DNA of 64,000 nt from an uncultured Saprospiraceae bacterium (lineage in GTDB: Bacteria > Bacteroidota > Bacteroidia > Chitinophagales > Saprospiraceae): assembly GCA_964385675.1 (NCBI GenBank), contig CAYLSF010000001.1, forward strand, positions 53,651 through 117,650, read 5' to 3'. Position numbers and translations under genes: made by a program. The number at the start of each line of letters is the position of its first letter. Within the stretch, counting starts at the first letter, position 1. Shown here one piece after another: positions 19,162-27,984 of the stretch. The notes below the pieces were generated by a model that ran no database searches, had not been told where the DNA came from, and saw only the letters and a program-made list of their open reading frames with translations.

Positions 19162-19665
19162 TTACCTCATGGCTACTAGGAGGTTATCATCAAATATCAT
19201 AGGAGCTTTTGTTCCTACTAGAGTATTTTCTACAATCATAGGGGCCTGAACGCCAACCAAACTAACGCTACCACAGTCACAGTCTACACATTCGCACGGA
19301 TCACAATTGCACTCAGTAAGATTATTCTTAGTTAGAGGGCAGACCTTTCTTCCATTTTCGTCTATATAGCAGTCATTGATTGGGCTTTGATTCTTTTGTT
19401 CTATGTATTTAGATGCGCTGTAAGATGACCGCTGAGATAATCTCTGCGCTCTTGAAGCGCGAATCATTTCTCTATTTGATCTAATTCTTTGAAAGAGACT
19501 TCTAATGGGCCTTATTCTAGATTCTGACCTACCAAAAACTCGAACTAAAACGTTTTTAGCGCGACCTGAAAAGACTCCACATGATCCACTGTTACACTGT
19601 GAATAGGCTAAATTGGCCGGCGCAAGTAAAATACAAGCTAATAATACCGCTGTAAAAGTTTTCAT
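19162..19665 (-). CDS. Secreted Cys-rich protein
   Basis: Signal peptide MKTFTAVLLACILLAPANLAYS. Cys cluster CNCDPCECVDCDCG. Confidence 0.55.
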   Translation of the reverse strand: MKTFTAVLLACILLAPANLAYSQCNSGSCGVFSGRAKNVLVRVFGRSESRIRPIRSLFQRIRSNREMIRASRAQRLSQRSSYSASKYIEQKNQSPINDCYIDENGRKVCPLTKNNLTECNCDPCECVDCDCGSVSLVGVQAPMIVENTLVGTKAPMIFDDNLLVAMR

Positions 19666-20444
19666 TTTGTTTCCTTGTTGTAAGTTACTATCATTTGATT
19701 TAGTATATCCATTAATTCTAATGAATCGTTGGGGACGCTATGAAAAGTATCGTCTGAATTTGTTATAAATTGTCCCTTATTATTTAATACACAAATAACA
19801 GGGCCTGTAAAAGTAGAAATACCATCTTGTGTAGTCACATTGCTGGTGCCAATAGCCCTCGATGCCCAAGCATTTTCATACTCAGGTAAGGACATTTTCC
19901 CCCACAAAGGCACAAAATTTTGATCTACAAAGCCTATAATTTCTTCATTATCCCAGATATCTGAAGGGCTATCTGATGATAGTAATATAAGTACAGCTTT
20001 GTTTTCTTGCGATGCTTTTGCTAGTGATTCTGGACTATTACCTAGCCAACTTATTGTTGACTCAGCTAAAAAATCTTCTGTTTCATCTATGTCTAATATT
20101 ACCTCTCCTCTTTTTTTGTCCTTCCATATCCTAATAACCTCATTTAAGCTTTCTTGATTGTTTCCATCTTCATTATAATCACAATATGGACAATCTCTTC
20201 TCGGTCGACCATCGCCAAAAAAGCCTTGTTGCCCACACTCTTGACAATCTTTCGTTTTTGTTGCTTCTTCAGGACTAGGCTCTGGATCAGGACTAGGCAC
20301 AGATACTCTATCTATACTAGTGCCACCCGCACATACAACTACATAATTTAAGTATTTATCAGGCGAGGGCTTAGGTATAAAAATATTTTCTTTACACCCA
20401 ACGCAAATTACTGAGATTAATAATAATATATATATTTTATTCAT
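19662..20444 (-). CDS. Putative lipoprotein or secreted protein
   Basis: I prefer the ATG at 20444 (MNKIYILLLISVICVGCKE), which is signal-peptide and lipobox-like and lies 1 nt after the upstream stop. The track start is 20471. Confidence 0.5.
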   Translation of the reverse strand: MNKIYILLLISVICVGCKENIFIPKPSPDKYLNYVVVCAGGTSIDRVSVPSPDPEPSPEEATKTKDCQECGQQGFFGDGRPRRDCPYCDYNEDGNNQESLNEVIRIWKDKKRGEVILDIDETEDFLAESTISWLGNSPESLAKASQENKAVLILLSSDSPSDIWDNEEIIGFVDQNFVPLWGKMSLPEYENAWASRAIGTSNVTTQDGISTFTGPVICVLNNKGQFITNSDDTFHSVPNDSLELMDILNQMIVTYNKETK

Positions 20445-20445
20445 T

Positions 20446-22635
20446 TTATACTGCATGGGGTGATAAATCATCTAGTTCTTTTCTTTCCCATCCATTCAGT
20501 CCTGAAATAGCGGTCATATATCTTCGTTGAACATCTTTCCAACGCGCCCAAAATGAACCATGTGGAATTTCTATGTCTGAGTTTAGAATTTCTCTGGGTC
20601 CGTCGTTCCATCTGCCCCAGCTATTTAATACCAAGACTAAAGGTCCGCCATACTTTTGATGAGTTTCTCTTCTGTCATCAAAACCAATATATGTCATTGC
20701 GTGTGCCCAGTTTCCTTTTCGTCTAGAAACGCCGTTTTCATCCCTTTGCGACGAAAATCCTTCTGAGCCACACGTTATAATAAAAAAGCCTCTATTTAGA
20801 AAGTCGCGAACTTCTTCTGCCGTGTTAAGTTCTGTAGCAGTTCTAAACAAATTATTATCTAAATGCTCGCCTATTCTTTCAGGAGGAGCTTTTTTACCGT
20901 ATTTTCCAGCTATTTTTCCCGAGTATTTTTCTAAGTTTACTCCAAGAGTATCTGTGTAATCTGCTCTTAATAAAGCTCCACAGTTATTTACTAAAACTCT
21001 GGCAGCGGCAGGGCAATACCAGCCATCTCCGTTATGACCACGATACCAGTAAATTGGCTCAAATGCCAATACTCTGTTTCTTTCCGCTGTCTTAGAGACT
21101 TTAGGACACTCTTCTAATCTTCCTGTTACTTCATCTGGTATTCCTAATACAGATTCTAATACCATTGTTCCCAAAGCAGCGTTTTGCGCGGCGTCGGCAA
21201 CGCAATTATGTACACTAAATCCATCGACTATTAAAGAATGGTCGTCTTCTACGGTTACACAGTATACATCACCAGAATAGTCTTGCTTATCTATGTTTTG
21301 TATTCGTACGGGTATCCCATAAGGATTATTGTTAATCTCTATTTGTAGAGTTTCTGGCTCCTGTTTTTTGACAGCTAGTGCGTTGTCACCATAAAAATTT
21401 AGACTAAATGACTCTCTGCTTTGTTTATAAGCTTTTCTAATATTAATGGAACATCTTAAGCCACAGCTATTTGCAATTTCTTGCATAGATTCTATCAAGG
21501 GCTTAGAGACAGATACACCTATAGTTTTGGTAGATTTTTTTGTTTTTTCTATCCCAGCCTGAAAGTATCCATCTCCATCTATCCAGCCTTGGAGTAATGA
21601 TAGTTTTGTTTGTTTGGGACATTTAAGAATTTGGTGGGGCGCTTTTTTACCATATGTATTTTGACATCCTCCCAAACTATATAATAGCTGCGCCAAACCC
21701 ACATTCCCAACTCTAATTTTTGTACAATTGCTAGAATTTGTTTGGGTTGTACAATTTAATCCGAACACATCTTTAATGTATTTAGAAATTTTATTTTGAT
21801 AATAGTATTCTTTGGAACTTAGGGAAAATGTTACTCTTTTAGGTTTTCCTGTATCAGATTTATCAATTGATCCTTCTGCTAAATATGCTCCTATAATATA
21901 AGCTAGTTTATGATCTAATTTAATAAATCTTGGTATGTCATTTTTACTACCTAATGACCGGCAATTTTCTTTATTGGGCTTTTTGTTTCGTTTACAATTC
22001 TTCTCAGTAATGTCACATCCATATTCAGTCATATCAAACCAAACATCTTCTTGTTGTATGTTTGGCTTTCCTAATACTAAATACTCTCCTTTTTTAACGT
22101 CTTTTAGTTGCTTTTTAACAAAATTTGTATCTGAAGGAGATTTAATTACTGGAACTTCATGATCTGGCGTCGCCACCAAGCTCCTATGATAATTAGATAC
22201 ACTTACTGATAAAAGTCCGTCTTCTGCACTTTTAGTAATTAGGTGTGTTACTGTCTTAGTATTTCCAAGGTGGGTAATAACCTTATCTCCAATAGATATT
22301 TGTTCTATTGGTTTTTTAGAGCCGTCTGCCATTAAAACCATAGCGCCCGCTTTAAAACATGATCCACGAGTTTGACCAGGGCCCGGTAAAGATTCTGGGT
22401 ACTCTTTTAATACATGCACAAATGGTACTACAAGCTTACCTTTAGCATTGTCTGCAAAACCATATGCATGAGCAGCGTCTGTTCCAAACGCATATTCCGC
22501 CTCATCTCTCAGAGCTTCTTTTTCTTCTTCTGAATATAAGGCTCCAGCAAAACCGCCTTCATACATTTTAATAATGTCTTTGCAGCTTTTATCTTGCTTG
22601 GGATTTTGGTCCCACTGTTTGAATAATTTAGGCAT
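20446..22635 (-). CDS. Papain-like (C1-type) cysteine peptidase interrupted by an intein at the catalytic Cys
   Basis: The extein reads GQTRGS|[intein]|CVADAAQN, giving Gln and Cys spaced as in papain. Then NWAHAMTYIGF (His) and VLNSWGRW (Asn-Ser-Trp-Gly). Confidence 0.65.
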   Translation of the reverse strand: MPKLFKQWDQNPKQDKSCKDIIKMYEGGFAGALYSEEEKEALRDEAEYAFGTDAAHAYGFADNAKGKLVVPFVHVLKEYPESLPGPGQTRGSCFKAGAMVLMADGSKKPIEQISIGDKVITHLGNTKTVTHLITKSAEDGLLSVSVSNYHRSLVATPDHEVPVIKSPSDTNFVKKQLKDVKKGEYLVLGKPNIQQEDVWFDMTEYGCDITEKNCKRNKKPNKENCRSLGSKNDIPRFIKLDHKLAYIIGAYLAEGSIDKSDTGKPKRVTFSLSSKEYYYQNKISKYIKDVFGLNCTTQTNSSNCTKIRVGNVGLAQLLYSLGGCQNTYGKKAPHQILKCPKQTKLSLLQGWIDGDGYFQAGIEKTKKSTKTIGVSVSKPLIESMQEIANSCGLRCSINIRKAYKQSRESFSLNFYGDNALAVKKQEPETLQIEINNNPYGIPVRIQNIDKQDYSGDVYCVTVEDDHSLIVDGFSVHNCVADAAQNAALGTMVLESVLGIPDEVTGRLEECPKVSKTAERNRVLAFEPIYWYRGHNGDGWYCPAAARVLVNNCGALLRADYTDTLGVNLEKYSGKIAGKYGKKAPPERIGEHLDNNLFRTATELNTAEEVRDFLNRGFFIITCGSEGFSSQRDENGVSRRKGNWAHAMTYIGFDDRRETHQKYGGPLVLVLNSWGRWNDGPREILNSDIEIPHGSFWARWKDVQRRYMTAISGLNGWERKELDDLSPHAV
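21205..22359 (-). mobile_element. Intein (385 aa) with LAGLIDADG homing endonuclease
   Basis: Starts CFKAGAMVLMADGS and ends GFSVHN|C. LAGLIDADG motifs IIGAYLAEGS and LLQGWIDGDGY. Boundary codons checked. Confidence 0.8.
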
Positions 22636-23255
22636 TACTTATATGGTCTTAAAGGAATGTTTTTAAGATCTGGATCAAATTCATTAGCTATATCTTTACA
22701 AGTCGCAATAAGACTTTCTCTAACATTAGTCGATGGATCATCAATTCTGACCGCTGGATCGAGAGTGCCAGTGGCTACTTTAAGCTTTTTATTAATAGGT
22801 TCATTGATAGCACTAATACCAACTATATTTTGGGATCTTTGAAAACCTATCATAGCATCTGCATGAAGCTTGTCAAAATCACCTATTGTTTTAATCACGG
22901 GCTCTTCTCTTTGTCCTTGTACTGGATGCTTATCTGATTCAAGATAAAAGGCAAGACTGTGATATAAAGAGCCAAGCTCATCTGCTCCTGCTGGGCTTAC
23001 TAAGCTTCTCAATGTATTATCTATTGGGAAAACAGGCGTGGGCTGAGGAGCGGGCATAGGTGGATTATAATCGTCTCTCTTATCATAAACGATATATCCA
23101 ACTAAAGCAATAACAACAACCCATTGTAGCTTAAGCTTTTGTACCGCTTCCCAAATGCTAATTTCATTTGAAACTGTAGGACTTGGTACATTGGGGCCAA
23201 TAATATTCCGCTGTGGAATTCTTGGGGAAACTTCATTATTTGTAGGCTTAATCAT
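22635..23255 (-). CDS. Membrane protein (single N-proximal TM segment)
   Basis: Hydrophobic segment WVVVIALVGYIVY. I prefer the ATG at 23255 (MIKPTNNE, 8-nt overlap) to the track start at 23297. Confidence 0.5.
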   Translation of the reverse strand: MIKPTNNEVSPRIPQRNIIGPNVPSPTVSNEISIWEAVQKLKLQWVVVIALVGYIVYDKRDDYNPPMPAPQPTPVFPIDNTLRSLVSPAGADELGSLYHSLAFYLESDKHPVQGQREEPVIKTIGDFDKLHADAMIGFQRSQNIVGISAINEPINKKLKVATGTLDPAVRIDDPSTNVRESLIATCKDIANEFDPDLKNIPLRPYK

Positions 23256-23607
23256 TATTTTCTTCTTGTTTTTGTGGTGTAGGAACAACATAAACAAAGA
23301 TACCGTCTACTTCTAGATGGGCACTTACAGTTGGCCAAGCTATATCTAAGAACTTATCATCTTGTAAAGATAGCTCACCTGCTTCACAGCTGTTAGCATA
23401 GCCTAAATAGGTTTCCTTCCCCTGCTCATTTTCATACCATCCTGGCCACACAACATCACCAACCCAAAAAATAATCTTTCTTAAGACCGTTGGAGAACCC
23501 TTAAATGTTGTAGACCCATCATGGTTTTCTACAAAGACAACATTAGGATTAGTAGGAAAGTTATTTTCTTGTGGTTTAATAGTCAAGTCTGGCATATTAA
23601 TCTCCAA
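23248..23607 (-). CDS. Hypothetical protein
   Basis: 119-aa ORF. GGAG lies 8 nt upstream of the ATG. Confidence 0.5.
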   Translation of the reverse strand: MEINMPDLTIKPQENNFPTNPNVVFVENHDGSTTFKGSPTVLRKIIFWVGDVVWPGWYENEQGKETYLGYANSCEAGELSLQDDKFLDIAWPTVSAHLEVDGIFVYVVPTPQKQEENND

Positions 23608-23635
23608 ATAAGTTTAAATGCGGGCCGTAGCCCAC
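23606..23635 (-). terminator. Stem-loop with UACG tetraloop (weak intrinsic terminator or RNA-stabilising hairpin)
   Basis: Minus-sense GUGGGC-UACG-GCCCGC followed by AUUUAAACUUAUUU. The G-U pair forms only in minus-sense RNA, because the plus sense has a C-A mismatch there. Confidence 0.35.
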
Positions 23636-23676
23636 CTTTGTAAGGTATAAACTAAATTGTTTTTTGTAAAATCTGC

Positions 23677-23979
23677 TTATGCAGCCTGTGTCTTCAGAGC
23701 AAAGACAACATCTTCATATCCAGGACAAGGACAGTCAGGGCAAGGATTACCATCTGCATCTGTAAGCCCAGGTCCGGTTGATCCGAATACTGTAGGAAAT
23801 TCTAAGAAAATTTCAACAGCTTTTAGTACTGCGTCCGTAGCGGTGCTTACATAAGAAATAAAAGATAGTACCTTTTCGTCGCTAAGATTTAAAATTCTAG
23901 CAACAAGAGGGGCAACCTTTTCAGCTACTTCTGCGCCTTGGCTAGCTAGCCACTTAATGTACTCAAAGTCAATAGTCAT
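23677..23979 (-). CDS. Small acidic hypothetical protein
   Basis: 100 aa, with AGGAGA 8 nt before the ATG. Bracketed by a promoter-like motif and a hairpin. Confidence 0.55.
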   Translation of the reverse strand: MTIDFEYIKWLASQGAEVAEKVAPLVARILNLSDEKVLSFISYVSTATDAVLKAVEIFLEFPTVFGSTGPGLTDADGNPCPDCPCPGYEDVVFALKTQAA

Positions 23980-24017
23980 CGTAATAAGTCTCCTGAAATG
24001 TTTTAGTTTCTATAGGT

Positions 24018-24045
24018 ATTATACAAACAAGCAGATAGTTTTTAA
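24018..24045 (-). promoter_or_regulatory. Promoter-like element TTAAAA-N16-TATAAT (TGTATAATA type)
   Basis: Minus strand: -10 TATAAT at 24023..24018 preceded by TG, and TTAAAA at 24045..24040. It lies in the gap upstream of 23677..23979. Confidence 0.35.
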
Positions 24046-24053
24046 CGGTAAAA

Positions 24054-24845
24054 TCAGCTTTCTGTGGTATTTACTGTTGATCCGCCTAAGTTATATGTAG
24101 TTTTTTTGGCCCCAATAGAAGCGTCTGTGCCTAGAATAGAAGTATCGTCTCTTTCAATAGGATCGACGGCCCAAGAGCCAGAATATTCGTTCCAATTACC
24201 GGCGCGAATACCAGAAGCTGTCATTACAGTTCTTAGCGCTTCTGTTTGGTTAACGTTTCTATTTGGGCCTGTTGCAGCGCCTTGGATAGCATCGTTAGTT
24301 GAATTGGCTAATGACGCAACTCCAATTTGAATAAATTTATTATCTTCGCCGCTCTTAAATACATCGTTTGTTAAGAGCCAAGCTCTTTCGCCGGACGAAG
24401 TAAAGTAAGTTGATGACTCGGCTACAAGCAAGTTTGTTCCATCTTCTGTTTTGAAGAAAACGGTGTCATTAGGATTACTATCCGTACCAAAGCTAGCAAC
24501 AGTAACAACTTTACCCGTATTTGTGAGAATAGAATCGCCTACTTTAAGCGTAATTGACAAACTAGTAGTATATACTAGGCCAAAATTGGAACCTCCAACA
24601 TCGTTAGATGAGTAAGAGCCGCCGATATCTGTTAAAGGAGTTCCATATGTATATCCAAATAGAGATGGCTTAACAGTAGATGGCTCATTGTCTGGATTGC
24701 TAGCAGCTGTAATATTGGCAGCTGAGTCAGTAGCAACTGTACCACCAACAAATCTAGTTTTCTTATTATTAGGCTGAGAACTAATAGCTGAGCCCGCAGT
24801 ATCGTAGATAGTAGTGGCTACTTGTGAGTTTGCAATAGTAGACAT
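24054..24845 (-). CDS. Ser/Thr/Gly/Asn-rich putative virion structural protein, paralog A
   Basis: Cys-free, low-charge composition. Shares its N-terminus and the C-terminal block RTVMTASGIRAGNWNEYSGSW..PIERDDTSI with the neighbouring gene. Confidence 0.5.
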   Translation of the reverse strand: MSTIANSQVATTIYDTAGSAISSQPNNKKTRFVGGTVATDSAANITAASNPDNEPSTVKPSLFGYTYGTPLTDIGGSYSSNDVGGSNFGLVYTTSLSITLKVGDSILTNTGKVVTVASFGTDSNPNDTVFFKTEDGTNLLVAESSTYFTSSGERAWLLTNDVFKSGEDNKFIQIGVASLANSTNDAIQGAATGPNRNVNQTEALRTVMTASGIRAGNWNEYSGSWAVDPIERDDTSILGTDASIGAKKTTYNLGGSTVNTTES

Positions 24846-24878
24846 TTTTTCATCTCTTTTTTAGAAAAATATTATTTG

Positions 24879-25637
24879 TTAGTAGCTTACGCCTGTAGGT
24901 ACATTTGAACCAAATTGGTAGTTTACGAAACCATTACCAGAAAAAGCGGTATCAGTGGCTGGGTTGACAATACTAGTATCATCTCTTTCAATAGGCTCAA
25001 CTGTCCAGCTGCCAGAATATTCATTCCAATTGCCCGCTCTAATGCCTGATGCTGTCATAACGGTTCTAATAGACTCTGAGTTGTTTACATCTCTATTAGG
25101 AGTGGTTGATCCGCCTTCTATGGCTTTGTTGGCCTCTCCAGCTAAAACATTACTGGATGTGAATAATACTTGATAATCTCTATCTTTAAATGCGTCTTTT
25201 CCTAGTAGATAAGATTCTGATCCCGCCCCGGTTCCTATATTTGCTGAAGCTGTACTTTGTGGTATGTTAACATCTAGTGCGGTATCACTTAATATTCTGG
25301 TTACTTTCCCTAAGTTACCAGACTTATTAAAGAGTATAAAGTCTCCTATGGCCGCGTTGTGAGACGAGCCAAAAGTAACAACAGTATTTTGCCCATTTGC
25401 ACCAAGAGACGATACCGTTCCAATAAGCGTGCCATTATATACTTGTGCAATAGACTGATTAATATCAGATGTCTCAATCTTTGTAGCTTGTCTAAAAACA
25501 GCGTTGTCGCTAGATGAAGTTCCAGGACCAGACGCAGATGTCTTATCTAAGGTAGGTTGTGAGGAATCTGAAATTGCAGCGCCACTCGCAGTAAATAAAG
25601 TAGTTGCTACGGCAGAATTAGAAATTTTTGTTGTCAT
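24879..25637 (-). CDS. Ser/Thr/Gly/Asn-rich putative virion structural protein, paralog B
   Basis: Start chosen at MTTKISNSAVATT by alignment with paralog A (MSTIANSQVATT). The track start is 25658. Confidence 0.5.
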   Translation of the reverse strand: MTTKISNSAVATTLFTASGAAISDSSQPTLDKTSASGPGTSSSDNAVFRQATKIETSDINQSIAQVYNGTLIGTVSSLGANGQNTVVTFGSSHNAAIGDFILFNKSGNLGKVTRILSDTALDVNIPQSTASANIGTGAGSESYLLGKDAFKDRDYQVLFTSSNVLAGEANKAIEGGSTTPNRDVNNSESIRTVMTASGIRAGNWNEYSGSWTVEPIERDDTSIVNPATDTAFSGNGFVNYQFGSNVPTGVSY

Positions 25638-25680
25638 AATAAAATATCCATTGTGCAAAGACTGTCTATGGTGATATACA

Positions 25681-26100
25681 CTAACTTTTTACTGATCTGT
25701 CTATTGTTGCGGCTATCTCTGTTTTTACAGTATTTTCATCGAATAACTTAGCAATGCCTACTCTAAATCGATATCTAGTCATAATATCTAATGTCTCTAC
25801 ACCGTTAACAAACTTTAATTTATTTACTAATATGGGAGTAATATCTACATTGCAATGACCAATCCATAAGTTCAAAGTTTGGAGCATTTGATTATCTTGT
25901 GTAACTGTTACCTTTTCATTACCAAACTCTTCTTGCTCATTTTCTACATATCCCTCAATTTCATCATCATTTGAAAATTCTCGAACGATATTTTGAGTAA
26001 TAGAAGGGTCAAACTTTTCAAACTCTACGTGATTAAATTTATTATTTGTCATAGTTAATTCTAGAGTTGGAAAGTACTTAGCGATACGGTTTGTACCCAT
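25681..26100 (-). CDS. Hypothetical protein
   Basis: 139-aa ORF in the gene-strand series. Confidence 0.5.
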   Translation of the reverse strand: MGTNRIAKYFPTLELTMTNNKFNHVEFEKFDPSITQNIVREFSNDDEIEGYVENEQEEFGNEKVTVTQDNQMLQTLNLWIGHCNVDITPILVNKLKFVNGVETLDIMTRYRFRVGIAKLFDENTVKTEIAATIDRSVKS

Positions 26101-26164
26101 ATTAGATCCTTTATGTAAGATAGGTTGTTATCGTTATATAATACACCTTTTGAAATTTGGTTTT

Positions 26165-26827
26165 TTACGCCCAATCTAGCGCTTTGGATACAATGGGAAA
26201 CTGAGAAACAAATATTTTTTTAATTAATTCTGCTATTTCTCGGTGTTCTTTTTGAGTATCTTCTTTTGTTCTAAGGTTTATATAGTGAATCCAACTTCTT
26301 ATTGATCCTTTCATATATAATTTTGTCGTAGAAGCCATAGGCATGATCATCCTAGCAGATTCTCTAGCAACTCCTGCATCTATTAGCTTGTTATAGCAAT
26401 CTTGAGTATCTTGTAAAACTTGCTTAATTTTCTCGTCTGCTTTTGTAGAATCTGATAGACTAGGGTTTATAATGTCTTCTCCTACCTGACGATTTGTTTT
26501 ACCCTGAGATCTTAATTCTATGTGTTGTATAGATGGAACTTTTGAATACCTTTGAGAAAATTCTTGAAATGAGAAACTTCTATGCCTAATAATCTGTGCA
26601 GCTATAGCTCGACTAGTTTCAACAGACACGCACATATCTACCATTTCAAATATAGACCAGTGTCCGTGTCTTATACAAAAATTTAATAGCTTAGGAGCTG
26701 TTTCATGATTATGCTGATTACTTGGATTAGAAACTCTTGCGCAATATGCTATCAACTCTTCTGGGTTGTTGTTATAATCTGATGGCTGAGTAACAGATAT
26801 TAATTCTACTTTATCTTTATTAGTCAT
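26165..26827 (-). CDS. thyX: FAD-dependent thymidylate synthase ThyX
   Basis: ThyX signature RHRSFSFQEFSQRY. 220 aa. Confidence 0.9.
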   Translation of the reverse strand: MTNKDKVELISVTQPSDYNNNPEELIAYCARVSNPSNQHNHETAPKLLNFCIRHGHWSIFEMVDMCVSVETSRAIAAQIIRHRSFSFQEFSQRYSKVPSIQHIELRSQGKTNRQVGEDIINPSLSDSTKADEKIKQVLQDTQDCYNKLIDAGVARESARMIMPMASTTKLYMKGSIRSWIHYINLRTKEDTQKEHREIAELIKKIFVSQFPIVSKALDWA

Positions 26828-27192
26828 TATTCCTCTGCTTTAAACACTGAAGTTGGACATATTGCCGGTATATTTTTTGCTAGTTCTGCCGCCTCAAAGA
26901 GAGTGACGGCCTGCTGTATGTCATATACTAGATGAGGGTTGTCCTCTTGAAAATCTAATAGATGGTGTAAAAATTCTTTTTTCAAATTTGGGCCTAGTTC
27001 ATCCATAAGCCCGGCCAATATTAAATCTTTTGCTTCAAGCTCGTTATCCATAGTTAGATAACATTCTACGCCGTCATTAGTAATGGTAAATGTAATAACT
27101 GCGCAAGGCTCTGTATTATTTTCCTGAATGCTTGCTTCTTTTGATGGTTGTTCTGGCTTTTTGAATAAACTTTTTATATATCTGATGAGCAT
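26827..27192 (-). CDS. Hypothetical acidic protein (start uncertain)
   Basis: 121-aa ORF. A 77-nt overlap with the upstream gene makes the annotated start doubtful. Confidence 0.4.
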   Translation of the reverse strand: MLIRYIKSLFKKPEQPSKEASIQENNTEPCAVITFTITNDGVECYLTMDNELEAKDLILAGLMDELGPNLKKEFLHHLLDFQEDNPHLVYDIQQAVTLFEAAELAKNIPAICPTSVFKAEE

Positions 27193-27679
27193 GCTGCTTT
27201 GTTCCTTGTAATTTGGCCGCGATCTCAGTAAAGGTTTGATTACCCTCAGTTTTTGCTAAGGCAACATACTTTTCTGTATCCGTGATAGATTTGTTTGTCA
27301 ATATATACTTAATTTCGTCTTTGTTATCTATTTGGTCTATTTCTTTAGTAGAGCCTATATTTTTTAAGTGGCTTATATCTTTGAATTTGTAGCTCTTTTT
27401 TTTGTTTTCTAAAAACCTATATATCTCCCAGTTAACGTATTGTATTCTTCTTGATTCAAAGGTCATCTCAAGTTCTTCATTATATGTACAATCTGAATAC
27501 CATATTGAGACTCCTACGTTACTTATTAGGTCTTCATTGGATAGCATTTCTTTTTTGTAGTATTTACTATTTTTAATATAGTATAGACTAATCTGTCTTA
27601 GATTTTTAATATTGCTATAGTCTGGATCATTTGTAATATGTTTTGGATTTGGAATATATGAAGAAATATGGAAATTCAT
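27116..27679 (-). CDS. Sigma-factor-like protein (region-4-type HTH)
   Basis: C-terminal TFTEIAAKLQGTKQHAHQIYKKFIQKA resembles sigma-70 region 4.2. The rest of the protein is divergent. Confidence 0.4.
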   Translation of the reverse strand: MNFHISSYIPNPKHITNDPDYSNIKNLRQISLYYIKNSKYYKKEMLSNEDLISNVGVSIWYSDCTYNEELEMTFESRRIQYVNWEIYRFLENKKKSYKFKDISHLKNIGSTKEIDQIDNKDEIKYILTNKSITDTEKYVALAKTEGNQTFTEIAAKLQGTKQHAHQIYKKFIQKARTTIKRSKHSGK

Positions 27680-27693
27680 ACTAGAGTCCCTTG

Positions 27694-27727
27694 AATAAAA
27701 AATAAGGGGCTAGGATTACTAGCCCCC
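27694..27727 (-). terminator. Intrinsic terminator
   Basis: Perfect 8-bp stem GGGGCUAG/CUAGCCCC with a 5-nt loop, followed on the minus strand by UUAUUUUUUAUUC. It lies directly after the stop of 27738..27938. Confidence 0.6.
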
Positions 27728-27737
27728 TTTTGTTAAA

Positions 27738-27938
27738 TTACTTACGTCTGTTGACAGCTCTACGAGCGCGGACGCGGGCATTAGTAACAGGAATCTTTTC
27801 TAGTCGGTATAGTTCTGATCTGGCTTCTTCTGTCTTAAGCATAGGTAGAACCGAGCGGATAGAAGCTCCTTCAATAAACTCGTGAATAGCTCTAGCATTA
27901 TCACGAAAAACAACATCCCAATTAGTCGCTACGTTCAT
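27738..27938 (-). CDS. Small hypothetical protein
   Basis: 66-aa ORF followed by a strong terminator. Confidence 0.5.
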   Translation of the reverse strand: MNVATNWDVVFRDNARAIHEFIEGASIRSVLPMLKTEEARSELYRLEKIPVTNARVRARRAVNRRK

Positions 27939-27984
27939 CTTAAAGTCCTTGTGTTAAAAATGTGTTGTACAAAACATCTGTGAT

